DNA of 64,000 bases from an uncultured delta proteobacterium (GCA_963708295.1 CAVPSJ010000008.1:64001-128000), one strand, 5' to 3'. Positions 50,226-60,395 are shown, counted from the stretch's first letter. Notes: generated by a model not told the origin, from the letters alone. Numbers and translations: made by a program.

Positions 50226-51542
50226 TCAGGTGGCAACTTCCTTAATGATTTCTACCAGCATCTTCGTTCCGAACCTCAGATTCTCTAAAGCGATCCGTTC
50301 GTCGTTGCCGTGGATGATCATCATTTCTTTCTCCGTTACCCGGAAGGGACAAAAATCATAGGTGATGATTCCTCTTTCCCTGAGCAGGCGGCTGTCCGTG
50401 GCTCCGGCAAGAAGATGAGGCACAACCGGACAGCCTGGGTCGGTCTTTGCGGCAAATCTTTGAATAGCCCGGAAGAGATCCGTATCGAAGGGCGAGGGAG
50501 GAAGAGAATGACTCTCCGAGATCACCTCCACCTCAATTTCGTCTCCCAATCTCTTCTTAATCTCTTTCAGGAAATCTTCTTTTGACGACCCCGGGATGAG
50601 GCGGCAATCGAGGGCCCCAGTGGATTCCGAAGGGATGACATTGACTTTGCTCCCGCCCTGAAGGATCGTGAGTGAAATCGTATTCCGTATCATGGCATTG
50701 TAGATCGGGTTAGAAGTTAGCCGTTTGGCAAAGGCAGTGTCCCTGAGGCCTTTCTCAATGTCCTCAAAAAATGGTTTTTGGTCAGGGGGCTGTTTCGGGG
50801 CCATCTTTGAAAAATATTCCTTCACCATGGGAAGAAGGTTGTAAGGGGTTTCCCATTTTGTAACCCTGCCCAGGGCCTGGACAAGTTTCACATTGGGATT
50901 ATCCGGCCGGGGCATTGAGCCATGGCCGGAGATTCCCCTGGTCTTCAACTGGAGCTGGAAAAGGACCTTCTGTCCGCTGGAGATTTCGTATCGATCCGCG
51001 CCACCCTGCTCGTTGAGAACGACATATCCTCCTTCGTTAAGGGCGTATTCGGCTTCTTTTAAGGAGGGAATGTTCTCAATGGCCCACTCGACCCCCCAAT
51101 TCCCTCCGGTCTCCTCGTCTGCCGTAGCAAAAAAGAGGATGTCTCTCTCCAAAGGAACTTTCTCCCGTTTCAGAATCAGGAGGGCCATCATCTCTACGAT
51201 GCCCATGGATTTATCGTCGAGGGCCCCGCGGCCATAAAGATATCCGTCCCGGATAACCCCTGCAAAAGGATCGACTGACCATCGCTCCTTTTCAACAGGA
51301 ACAACGTCCATATGGCTGAGAAGAAGGATGGGTTTTTTCTTCCCATTTCCCTTCAGGGTAGCCAGGAGATTGCCACGGCCCGGAGATGGTTCAAAGATCT
51401 GGCAGGGAATCGTTTCCGCATCGAGGATTTTCTTGAAAAATTTTACTCCCTCGATTTCATTTCCGGGAGGGTTAACTGTATCGATCCGAAGATATTCCTG
51501 AAGATGATGGATTCCTTCATCTAATAAGTGATCCCAGTCCAT
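50226..51542 (-). CDS. M20/M25/M40-family metallopeptidase
   Basis: SHMDVVP, YGRGALDDK, ADEETGG, NEGG, GHGS, K.NVIP, GATD, HGNDERI. Confidence 0.92.
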   Translation of the reverse strand: MDWDHLLDEGIHHLQEYLRIDTVNPPGNEIEGVKFFKKILDAETIPCQIFEPSPGRGNLLATLKGNGKKKPILLLSHMDVVPVEKERWSVDPFAGVIRDGYLYGRGALDDKSMGIVEMMALLILKREKVPLERDILFFATADEETGGNWGVEWAIENIPSLKEAEYALNEGGYVVLNEQGGADRYEISSGQKVLFQLQLKTRGISGHGSMPRPDNPNVKLVQALGRVTKWETPYNLLPMVKEYFSKMAPKQPPDQKPFFEDIEKGLRDTAFAKRLTSNPIYNAMIRNTISLTILQGGSKVNVIPSESTGALDCRLIPGSSKEDFLKEIKKRLGDEIEVEVISESHSLPPSPFDTDLFRAIQRFAAKTDPGCPVVPHLLAGATDSRLLRERGIITYDFCPFRVTEKEMMIIHGNDERIALENLRFGTKMLVEIIKEVAT

Positions 51543-51557
51543 ATTAAGCATCCTTTC

Positions 51558-51669
51558 AGAAGGCAGTAGGCACAAAGCAGAAGGCAGAACGCGGTAGGCA
51601 CAAGTCAAACTAATAAAATCGTTTTGTTGTGTCTGTATAGTGCGTACTGCTTACTTCCTTCGGCTTCGC
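51558..51669. repeat. Heptamer-periodic element of AGNAGGC type
   Basis: AGAAGGC AGTAGGC ACAAAGC AGAAGGC AGAACGC GGTAGGC ... GCGTACT GCTTACT TCCTTCG. Confidence 0.7.
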
Positions 51670-51670
51670 A

Positions 51671-53389
51671 TCAATCTTCCCCGAACAAAGGAACAAATTT
51701 AAACTGGTTGACATCGACCAGGCCCTTATCGGTCAGTTTCAATTCCGGAATGACCGGGAGCGATAAGAAGGAGAGGGTCATAAAAGGGTCGGGGATTTTA
51801 CAGCCCAAGTTTTTTGCTGCACGTTGGACAGCTTCTAGCTGGGTGTTGACCTCGGCAACGGAGGCTTCTGACATCAGCCCCGCGATGGGCAAGGGGAGAG
51901 AAGCCAACACTTTTCCATCCGAGACAGCCGCCAACCCGCCCTTCATGGTTTGAAGGACTTCTACGGCTTTCAACATATCCGCATCGTTCGTTCCTACCAG
52001 CACGATGTTATGGGAGTCGTGAGCCACTGACGAGCCAATGGCTCCCTTCTTTAAGCCAAAACCTTGAACAAAACCAATTCCGATATTCCCTGTGGCCTTG
52101 TGCCGCTCCACCACGGCGATCTTTAGGATGTCCTCTTTGACATTGGGATGGGCGACGCCGTCTTTCAAAGGAACCCTCTGCATTGCTTTTTTTGTAACGA
52201 TTTGTTCCGGTATCAGCTGGATAACCTTGACAAGAGACTGGACACTTCGGAGTAAAAGGGCATCCTTTTTGAAAGGCTTCACTCGAAAAGACCCTAAATG
52301 TTTGGGACCCTTTTTCCGTTGGATAGGGCGGGAGAGCATGTTTCCGTTTTCCGCCACCAATTTTCCATCCTTGAAGACTCTCTTTATTTGAAATCGTCCA
52401 AGATGATCGAAACTGATGATATCGGCCCGGTAACCCGGAGCAATCGCGCCGAGATCATCCAGCCTGAAATATTCGGCGGCATTCAGTGTTGCCATTTGGA
52501 TCGCAAGGATGGGGTCGAGTCCCCATCGAACGGCCTGTCTGACCATGGAATCAATATGGCCCTCTTCGAGAAGCTCTTTGGGATGGCGATCGTCCGTCAC
52601 AAAGAAGAAGCGTCTCGAATTCTTGGGGTGGACGAGGGGGATGAGACTTCTGAGATTTCTTGCCGTCGTTCCCTCTCTGATCATAATCCGCATCCCGTTT
52701 TTTAATTTCTCCTTGGCCTCTTTCGGAGTGGTGCATTCATGGTCGGATCGAATTCCTGCCGTGAGATAAGCATAAAGCTCCTTTCCCGAGAGTAGGGGGG
52801 CATGGCCGTCGATTCGCTTTCCCTCGGCCATGTCGATCTTCCTGAGGACTTCCGGATCCCTGAAAATGACGCCCGGGAAGTTCATCATTTCTGCCAATCC
52901 AATGGCCCAGGGTTCTTTGAGCAGGGGTTTCAAATCCGCTGCCTGGAGCGTGGCCCCGGATGTTTCCATATGAGTCGCAGGCACGCAGGATGGAACCATG
53001 ATGAAGACATTCAAAGGGATCCCTTTTGCCGACTCTGCCATGAAGTGAATACCCTCCCGGCCCAGGACATTGGCGATTTCATGGGGGTCGATGACGACAC
53101 TGGTCGTTCCATTCGGAAGGACAGATCGGGCGAACTCCGGGATGGTCACCATGCTCGATTCAATGTGGACATGGCCGTCGATTAAACCAGGGCAGAGGAA
53201 GTCGCCTTTCACATCGATGATCTCTCTGGCTCGATAATCCCCGAAACCGACGATCACCCCCCCGAAGACGGCCACATCTCTCTTTTCAATCTCACCCGAG
53301 AAGACATCTACCACCCTTCCGTTCTTGATCAGGAGATCAGCCATCCCATCTCCCGAGGCGACCCGGATTTTTGCTTTTAGCGATGCCAT
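51671..53389 (-). CDS. ade: Adenine deaminase
   Basis: PGLIDGHVHIESSM, DPHEIANV, LAEMMNFPG, IDGHAP, SDHEC, TDDRHP, VERH, SVAHDSHN, LPVIPELK. Confidence 0.96.
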   Translation of the reverse strand: MASLKAKIRVASGDGMADLLIKNGRVVDVFSGEIEKRDVAVFGGVIVGFGDYRAREIIDVKGDFLCPGLIDGHVHIESSMVTIPEFARSVLPNGTTSVVIDPHEIANVLGREGIHFMAESAKGIPLNVFIMVPSCVPATHMETSGATLQAADLKPLLKEPWAIGLAEMMNFPGVIFRDPEVLRKIDMAEGKRIDGHAPLLSGKELYAYLTAGIRSDHECTTPKEAKEKLKNGMRIMIREGTTARNLRSLIPLVHPKNSRRFFFVTDDRHPKELLEEGHIDSMVRQAVRWGLDPILAIQMATLNAAEYFRLDDLGAIAPGYRADIISFDHLGRFQIKRVFKDGKLVAENGNMLSRPIQRKKGPKHLGSFRVKPFKKDALLLRSVQSLVKVIQLIPEQIVTKKAMQRVPLKDGVAHPNVKEDILKIAVVERHKATGNIGIGFVQGFGLKKGAIGSSVAHDSHNIVLVGTNDADMLKAVEVLQTMKGGLAAVSDGKVLASLPLPIAGLMSEASVAEVNTQLEAVQRAAKNLGCKIPDPFMTLSFLSLPVIPELKLTDKGLVDVNQFKFVPLFGED

Positions 53390-53457
53390 TTCGTACTCAT
53401 TCCTCCTTACCCATTTCATAGCAAATCTTTTATCTTCGATCAAGTCCATTCAGAAAT

Positions 53458-53671
53458 TGGCGGGCTGCTGAAAAACGCTCATCTGCGGCGTCGCCCTCAT
53501 CTTTCGTCGTTGCAGCGTACATCCAAGTACGCCTCTCGCCGACTCACCAACCCGCCGGCGTGGCAAGAAGTCACTCCTTATTCGTCGTGACGTCACTCTC
53601 AGGATTTCGGGCTCCTTGTATCTGGGCATCTTTGAACAACCTGACAAAGATTACTTTTCAGCAAGCTGCTA
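53458..53671. mobile_element. MITE-like element, copy 2, with an insert of about 59 bp (53536-53594)
   Basis: GGGCTGCTGAAAAA...TTTTCAGCAAGCTGCTA; shares CATCTGCGGCGT, TTCGTCGTTGC, AAGTACGCCTC, CTCAGGATTTCGGGC and ATCTGGGCAT with 37011-37168. Confidence 0.8.
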
Positions 53672-53876
53672 GAGGCTCCCTGTCGCTGACACTGTACCGC
53701 AATCATGATGAGGAATAGATACAGACGGGATCCCCTCCGACGCCTGCGCGGAACAAAGAACGAGCGGATGCTCATTGAAGCGAAGTGATCATCGTTGACA
53801 GACACGTTTTATGTAAGGTATGGTTGTTTAACCACACGTCGCGTTAGTTCGAATTGCGACGATCTGTCACGTAATT

Positions 53877-54542
53877 ATGCCTCCACTTCACGCGATCAAA
53901 GCTGTCGTCTTCGATTTCGACGGGACTCTCGTCGTCCTCAATATCGATTTCTCTTCGATGAAGGAGCGGGTCTTCGATTTGATGAGCCGCTATGGGATTA
54001 ATAATGAGATCATTCAGGAAAAGTATGTGCTGGAGATTATTGACGAGGTTTATGAAATGTTGTGGAGGAAAAGTCCTTCAGGGGCGGAGACATTCTACCA
54101 GCAGTCCCACGATATCTTGCATGAAATAGAAATGAGGGCTGCAGAAAAAGGGAGACTGATTCCGGAAGTGGTGGAAACATTAAAAGGGTTAAGAGAGAAG
54201 GGGGTCAAGGTAGGGATTGTTACACGGAACTGTGAGGAGGCCGTGCGGAAGATTTTCCCTAACATTAACGACTTTTGTGATGTTCTCGTTTCGAGAAACT
54301 CAGTCAAGAAGGTCAAACCCCATCCGGATCATTTGACGCATGTGATGAAGTCGTTGAAGATTTCAGGTGAAGAGGCGGTAATGGTTGGAGACCATAGGAT
54401 TGATATCGAGGCAGGGAAGAGGGTGGGCATGAGGACCGTTGGGGTATTGACCGGGAGGACGAAGCAGGAAGAGTTTGAGAAGGAAGGGGCGGACTATGTT
54501 TTGAGAGATGCCTCAGAGATCTATAAGTTAATGGAGGGTTGA
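53877..54542 (+). CDS. HAD-superfamily hydrolase (phosphoglycolate phosphatase-like)
   Basis: FDFDGTL, IVTRN, KPHPD, MVGD...D. Confidence 0.88.
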   Translation: MPPLHAIKAVVFDFDGTLVVLNIDFSSMKERVFDLMSRYGINNEIIQEKYVLEIIDEVYEMLWRKSPSGAETFYQQSHDILHEIEMRAAEKGRLIPEVVETLKGLREKGVKVGIVTRNCEEAVRKIFPNINDFCDVLVSRNSVKKVKPHPDHLTHVMKSLKISGEEAVMVGDHRIDIEAGKRVGMRTVGVLTGRTKQEEFEKEGADYVLRDASEIYKLMEG

Positions 54543-54546
54543 AAAC

Positions 54547-54924
54547 ATGAAAAAGGTGATCCAAACGGATAGGGCTCCCAAAGCCATTGGTCCCTACTCC
54601 CAGGCCATTCAAGCAGGAAATTTTGTATTTCTCTCCGGGCAGATACCTCTGGATGCAAGAACAGGGGAATTGGTGATGGGAGATATTCGACGACAGACTC
54701 AGCAGGTCTTGGAAAATATAAAAGGGATACTGGAATCTCAAAAGCTAGGAATGGAAAACGTGGTCAAAACGACTATTTTCTTAAAAGAAATCGGGAATTT
54801 TAATCAAGTGAATGAGGTCTACAGTACTTTTTTTCCATCCTCCCCGCCTGCAAGGTCAACCGTTGAAGTGGCGAGACTGCCAAAGGACGTTGAGATTGAG
54901 ATCGAAGCCATTGCTCTTATTTAA
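54547..54924 (+). CDS. ridA: RidA-family enamine/imine deaminase
   Basis: [44 protein letters not shown]. Confidence 0.92.
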   Translation: MKKVIQTDRAPKAIGPYSQAIQAGNFVFLSGQIPLDARTGELVMGDIRRQTQQVLENIKGILESQKLGMENVVKTTIFLKEIGNFNQVNEVYSTFFPSSPPARSTVEVARLPKDVEIEIEAIALI

Positions 54925-55403
54925 TTCCCGCCGCCCTGCCACGTCGCCGTCTTTTTTTCACCGTCCGGAGGGTTCACTTGAATATCGAAAGTCATGGATT
55001 CAGGGATCTTTTCCGGAAGAGAAAAACCAAAAGTCACTATCCGGCCGGCGCGAGGGGGCAAAGGGACGGAAATCATCGTCTCCTGCTGGCCTGGGGAAAA
55101 TTCAGTCCCGGAAACTCCTTCTGGGTATTTTATCTCTTTTGGAACCCAAACCAATTTGATCGAGTTGGGGGGAGCCGTTGCCTGCCGACTCTTGTTATAG
55201 ATTTCGATGTTGATTTCTAATATTTTAACAGGAGACGGCGTGGATGGAACTTCTCTTACCTGGAACCGTATTTCTCTCAATCTGATATCCGGACCGCTCT
55301 CTTCTACAGCCTTGATCTGGGAGAAGCCTGCCCCCGTGACCAGGCATTGAAAAAAAAAGAGAGCAGAAGAGTAAACGATGGCTTTCCTGATCCATTTGCA
55401 CAT
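54921..55403 (-). CDS. Exported hypothetical protein
   Basis: Signal-peptide-like N-terminus, beta-rich body. Confidence 0.6.
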   Translation of the reverse strand: MCKWIRKAIVYSSALFFFQCLVTGAGFSQIKAVEESGPDIRLREIRFQVREVPSTPSPVKILEINIEIYNKSRQATAPPNSIKLVWVPKEIKYPEGVSGTEFSPGQQETMISVPLPPRAGRIVTFGFSLPEKIPESMTFDIQVNPPDGEKKTATWQGGGN

Positions 55404-55548
55404 GTTATCACCTATGAAGGTTTGAACCACCCACGAAATAAGAGTCTTTCCTCAAACCAATTTACCACATTTAGACTCAAATGGGAAGGTTCTGAAGGAT
55501 AACGGCGATTGTATAGGTTTCAAAGGCGTATTATAATGATAAACTAAT

Positions 55549-56868
55549 ATGAAACCTATCCTTGCCATTGTCGGAAGACCGAACGTCGGGAAGTCTACCC
55601 TTTTTAATCGCATCGCCGGAGGGAAGAAGGCCATCGTTTGGGATGAGCCGGGCGTGACTCGGGATCGAAATTATGCCGATGTGGAGCGGGATGAGAGTTC
55701 GTTCACTTTGATTGACACGGGGGGATTTGAGCCGGTTTCAAAGGATCGGATCTTTATCCAGATGCGTGAGCAATGCCAGCTGGCCATGGACGAAGCAGAT
55801 GGGATCCTCTTCATGATGGACGGAAAGGAAGGCCTAACCCCTTCGGATAGGGAGATTGCAGATATTCTTAGAAAATTGAATAAACCGGTGTTTTACATCG
55901 TCAATAAGATTGACGGGCCAAAGCATGAGGAGAAGGCCCTTGAATTCTATGGGTTGGGTATGGACCCGATTTATTCGATTTCAGCAGAACATGGATATGG
56001 GGTGAATGACTTGATGGATGAGGTCATCAAGGCCCTCCCGGGTTCGACTGAGAAAAAATGGGATCAAGATATAACGAGGGTGGCCGTATTGGGACGGCCG
56101 AATGTTGGAAAATCTTCATTGGTTAACCGATTATTAGGATACAAGAGGGTGCTTGTGGATGAGGTTCCGGGCACCACGCGGGATGCCATTGATACCCTTT
56201 TTGAAAGGGACGGAAGGAGATACGTTCTCGTTGATACCGCCGGTATCCGGAGGAAGAGCCGGATTAGCCTGAGGCTGGAAAAGTACAGTATTGTGGAGGC
56301 CCTTCGAACCATTGATCGATCGGATGTTGCTCTTCTCTTATTGGATTCAAAAGAAGGTGTGACCGATCAGGATGCCCGTATCGGGGGGTTCGTCCACGAA
56401 AAGGGAAAAGGATGCATTCTCGTCGTGAACAAATGGGATTTGGTTGAAAAGGATTCTCAAACCATGGTCCGGTATGAAAGGGAGGTACGCGAGGGCCTCA
56501 AGTACCTCTCTTACGCCCCCATGCTTTTTATTTCTTCCTTGACCGGGCAAAGAGTTAAGAAAGTTCTGGACGCCGTAGACCATGTGTCAGGGCAGACGAA
56601 GAAGCGAATTTCGACTTCCCCGCTGAATAATCACTTTAGAAGATGGGTTGAAAAATTTCCTCCTCCCCTTTATAAAAACCGGAGTGTGAAGATGAACTAT
56701 ATCACTCAGGTTTCGACGGCTCCTCCCACCTTTGTGATCTATACCAATATTCCAGAGGGAATTCATTTTTCTTATGAACGTCATCTCCTCAACCAGATGA
56801 GAGAAGCCTTCGGTTTCGAAGGCGTTGCGGTTCGGCTCCTGTTTAGAAAGAAAGGGAAGGAAAAATAG
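55549..56868 (+). CDS. der: Ribosome biogenesis GTPase Der (EngA)
   Basis: Two G domains (GRPNVGKS twice, DTGG/DTAG, NKID/NKWD) and KH-like C-terminus. Confidence 0.97.
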   Translation: MKPILAIVGRPNVGKSTLFNRIAGGKKAIVWDEPGVTRDRNYADVERDESSFTLIDTGGFEPVSKDRIFIQMREQCQLAMDEADGILFMMDGKEGLTPSDREIADILRKLNKPVFYIVNKIDGPKHEEKALEFYGLGMDPIYSISAEHGYGVNDLMDEVIKALPGSTEKKWDQDITRVAVLGRPNVGKSSLVNRLLGYKRVLVDEVPGTTRDAIDTLFERDGRRYVLVDTAGIRRKSRISLRLEKYSIVEALRTIDRSDVALLLLDSKEGVTDQDARIGGFVHEKGKGCILVVNKWDLVEKDSQTMVRYEREVREGLKYLSYAPMLFISSLTGQRVKKVLDAVDHVSGQTKKRISTSPLNNHFRRWVEKFPPPLYKNRSVKMNYITQVSTAPPTFVIYTNIPEGIHFSYERHLLNQMREAFGFEGVAVRLLFRKKGKEK

Positions 56869-56869
56869 G

Positions 56870-58205
56870 ATGGCAAACAAAAGGAAGAAATATCTGATAG
56901 GCATGGTGATCATCATCCTTATTTTGGCCGGCGGAATCCTTTTGCGTCAATTGAGCGGCCAGAACGGATCGAATCAGAAATTTCGCTTGGCGAAGGTCGA
57001 AAGGGGAGAGGTCAGTCTGGCGGTGACCGCCACCGGGACGATCAATCCGGTCATTAATGTCTTAGTGGGGAGCCAGGTTTCGGGGACGATCAAAGCCCTC
57101 TATGCCGATTTTAATTCCCAAGTCAAGGAAGGGCAGGTGATTGCTCAGATCGACCCGGCCATCTTCCAGGCCCAGGTGGAGCAAGGAAGGGCAAATGTCC
57201 TGAACGCCCAGGCCAATCTCCTAAACGCCCAGGCCAATCTTGAAAACGCCAAAGCCAACTTCACAAAAGCAGACGTGGCCGTTTTGGATGCAGAGAGAAC
57301 CCTGGACCGGAACCGGATGCTCGTAGAAAAAAACGTCATCGCTCAGGCAACGATGGATACTGCCCAGACGAATTATGATACAGCGGTGGCCCAGAAGGAT
57401 GTGGCCAAAGCCCAGGTGGAATCGGCCAAGTCACAGATCGAATCCTTCAAGGCTCAGGTGGAACAGACAAAGGCCGCTTTAAGAGTGGCAGAGACCAATT
57501 TAAGATATGCGACGATTCGGTCTCCGGTCAATGGGACGGTCATTTCGAGGAATGTCGATGTCGGTCAAACCGTCGCAGCCAGTCTCCAGGCTCCCACTCT
57601 TTTTACCATTGCCAAAAACCTGGCCGAGATGCAGGTTGACTCTAACGTGAGTGAGGCAGATGTCGGCCGAATTGCCGTGGGGCAGGATGCGACCTTTACC
57701 GTGGATGCATACCCCGAGAGGATTTTTCGCGGAAAAGTCTCAGAGATTCGCAATGCTCCTATCATCGTTCAGAATGTGGTTACGTATGATGTCGTGGTTC
57801 TGGTGAGTAATAAGGACTTGAAGTTAAAACCGGGGATGACCGCCAACGTTTCCGTTATGATTGCCCATCGAGAGGGGGTACTAAAGATACCCAACGCTGC
57901 ACTCAGGTTTCGACCCGAGTCCGCAACGAAGGAAAGTGGAAAGGGTGGCCCGCCGCAGAAAACGGGTGAGCGGGTGAAAACCGGGAGAAGGGGATCAGGG
58001 AAGACCGGGGAGGGTGTGGGTCCTGTCCGCCGAGGGGAAACTGACCCCGGTCTCCATTACCGTCGGAATTACCGACGGTACTTCAAGTGAGGTGATTGGA
58101 GGGAATCTGCAGGAGGGTGGAGAGGTGATTGTTGAAGGGAACTCGAACAAGAAAGGTCAGAGCCAAAGTGGCAGTGTTCCTTTCATGCCCAGAATGCGAA
58201 AATAA
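56870..58205 (+). CDS. MacA-like periplasmic adaptor; frameshift near 57980
   Basis: TM anchor, VGSQVSG.I..LYADFNS.VK.GQ, coiled coil, VGQTVAASLQAP, LKPGMTA; C-terminus continues in ORF 58014-58205. Confidence 0.9.
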
Positions 58206-58207
58206 GA

Positions 58208-58374
58208 ATAGCACATGGCGCAGAGAGCATAGCGCATAGGGGACGGGGATATTGAGCAGCACCAAATCCAAAATACCAATGACCGAAATCCAAAATTCTA
58301 AACAACCGTTTTGGGTGCGTTGGAAATTGGAGTTTGAAATTTTTACGGGATTTGCATTTGGAACTCGGAAATTT
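58208..58374. repeat. ATAGCGC-type heptamer run (58208-58240) plus heptamer-periodic inverted-repeat element, copy 6 (58258-58374)
   Basis: ATAGCAC ATGGCGC AGAGAGC ATAGCGC; then AGCACC AAATCC ... AATGACC GAAATCC AAAATTC TAAAC / GTTT ... GGAAATT GGAGTTT GAAATTT ... GGGATTT. Confidence 0.8.
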
Positions 58375-58405
58375 GGGCCTTAGGGTCTTTGCGGTTTAGG
58401 AGAAT

Positions 58406-59131
58406 ATGGATTCAGTCATTCAAGTTCAGGATCTGGTAAAGGTCTATGACTTAGGAGAGGTGGAGGTGACTGCCCTTCGAGGAGTTTCCCTTCCGGTCGA
58501 TCGCGGTGAATTCGTGGCCATCATGGGGGCCTCGGGCTCCGGAAAATCGACCTTTATGAATATCTTAGGCTTTTTGGATCGACCCACGAGCGGTCAATAT
58601 CTTTTGGAAGGTATCAACGGTGAAAATCTTTCGAGAGATGAACTGGCAGACATCCGGAATCGAAAAATCGGCTTTGTTTTTCAGGGGTTTAATCTTTTAT
58701 CCCGGACATCCGCCTTGGAAAATGTTGAGCTGCCGCTGGTCTATGCAGGGACCCCGACCTACAAACGGAAGGAGATGGCGCAAAAGGCCCTCTCTGAAGT
58801 GGGCTTAGAGGGAAGGGAGCATCATCATTCGAGCCAACTCTCCGGAGGCGAACAGCAACGGGTGGCTATCGCCCGGGCTTTAGTCAACCAGCCCTCTATC
58901 ATTTTAGCCGACGAACCCACGGGGAATCTTGATTCAAAGACGAGTGATGAGATCATGGGTATCTTTCAACGCCTTAATCGGGAGATGGGGATTACCATTA
59001 TCATGATCACCCACGAGCCCGATATTGCTGCATTTGCAAAACGTAATATTCTCTTCAAAGATGGAAAGATTGTCGACGATCATAAGAATTTGGCCCCCAC
59101 CATCGCAGCAGGGGGTGGAGGTATGAAATGA
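58406..59131 (+). CDS. MacB/LolD-type ABC ATP-binding protein
   Basis: [48 protein letters not shown]. Confidence 0.95.
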   Translation: MDSVIQVQDLVKVYDLGEVEVTALRGVSLPVDRGEFVAIMGASGSGKSTFMNILGFLDRPTSGQYLLEGINGENLSRDELADIRNRKIGFVFQGFNLLSRTSALENVELPLVYAGTPTYKRKEMAQKALSEVGLEGREHHHSSQLSGGEQQRVAIARALVNQPSIILADEPTGNLDSKTSDEIMGIFQRLNREMGITIIMITHEPDIAAFAKRNILFKDGKIVDDHKNLAPTIAAGGGGMK

Positions 59132-60357
59132 CCCGTCTTCTTGCAGGTCTTCGGATTGCCCTGAGGGCGCTGATGGTCAATAAGATGCGTTCAGCCCTGA
59201 CGATGCTGGGGATCATCATCGGCGTGGGTGCGGTGATTGCTATGATTGCCGTGGGTTCAGGGGCCAAATCCAGAATCGCCGAGCAGATTGCCAGCATGGG
59301 ATCAAACATGCTGATCGTTATGTCAGGCAGCTCAACGAGCGGTGGATTTCGGTTCGGGAGTGGAACGGTGCCCACGCTGACCGTCGACGACGCCAAAGCG
59401 ATTGTATCAGAGATCCCTTCCGTGAAATATGTCGCCCCTTCCCTCCCAGGAGTGGCTCAGGTCGTTTACGGCAACCAGAACTGGTCTACCTCCATCAATG
59501 GGACAGCGCCGGAAATGCTCGACATCAGAGAATGGCCTGTGGGTTCGGGCCGCTCCTTTACCCAGCAGGATCTGGATGGAGCGACCAAGGTTTGTCTTTT
59601 GGGGACGACCGTGGTGGAAAATCTTTTTGGGGGGATCGATCCGGTTGGCCAGATTGTCCGTATTAAGAAGGTTCCTTTCACCGTGATCGGTGTCCTCGGC
59701 CATAAAGGCCAGACCTCCTTTGGACAGGATCAGGATGATACAATTTTTGTCCCCCTGACCACGGCTCAGAAAAGACTCTTCGGAATGCAATTCCCGGGCA
59801 TGGTCAGGACGATTACCGTCCAGGCCAGGGGACCGGACGTCATGGGGGAGGTCGAAGAGGGGATCAATTCCATCCTGCGACAGCGGCACCGGATCCAGCC
59901 AAGCCAGGATAATGATTTTAACGTCAGGAACCTCACCGAAATCATGTCCACTGCCCAAGAAACAGCCAGTGTTATGTCCTTGTTGTTGGGCGCCATTGCC
60001 TCCATCTCTCTCATGGTCGGAGGGATCGGGATTATGAATATCATGCTTGTTTCCGTAACGGAGAGAACCAGGGAGATCGGGATTCGCATGGCAGTGGGCG
60101 CAAAGGGGCGGGATATCCTCCTTCAATTCCTCATTGAATCCTTGGTACTCAGTTTGATTGGGGGAATCTTGGGAATTGCAATCGGGGTGGCGGGGACACT
60201 CATCCTATCCAGCTTAACGCAATGGCCGACCCTCTTCTCGATGCAAGCGATCCTTTTGGCCTTTCTCTTTTCCGGATCGGTAGGAGTATTTTTTGGATTC
60301 TACCCGGCCCGCAAAGCCTCTATGCTCAACCCCATCGAAGCCCTTCGCTACGAATAA
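59128..60357 (+). CDS. MacB-type ABC permease
   Basis: RSALTMLGIIIGV.AVI, VGGIGIMNIMLVSVTERTREIGIR.A.GA, YPA.KAS.L.PIEALRYE. Confidence 0.95.
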   Translation: MTRLLAGLRIALRALMVNKMRSALTMLGIIIGVGAVIAMIAVGSGAKSRIAEQIASMGSNMLIVMSGSSTSGGFRFGSGTVPTLTVDDAKAIVSEIPSVKYVAPSLPGVAQVVYGNQNWSTSINGTAPEMLDIREWPVGSGRSFTQQDLDGATKVCLLGTTVVENLFGGIDPVGQIVRIKKVPFTVIGVLGHKGQTSFGQDQDDTIFVPLTTAQKRLFGMQFPGMVRTITVQARGPDVMGEVEEGINSILRQRHRIQPSQDNDFNVRNLTEIMSTAQETASVMSLLLGAIASISLMVGGIGIMNIMLVSVTERTREIGIRMAVGAKGRDILLQFLIESLVLSLIGGILGIAIGVAGTLILSSLTQWPTLFSMQAILLAFLFSGSVGVFFGFYPARKASMLNPIEALRYE

Positions 60358-60395
60358 GAGCACAGGCCAGAGGGCATAGCGCACAGCCCATAGCG
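60356..60395 (+). repeat. ATAGCGC-type heptamer run
   Basis: AGAGCAC AGGCC AGAGGGC ATAGCGC ACAGCCC ATAGCGT; same type as 58208-58240. Confidence 0.6.

Noticed and set aside
8728-58374. Periodic repeats as CRISPR arrays
   Set aside because: Units are 7-9 nt, degenerate and lack unique spacers; no cas genes.
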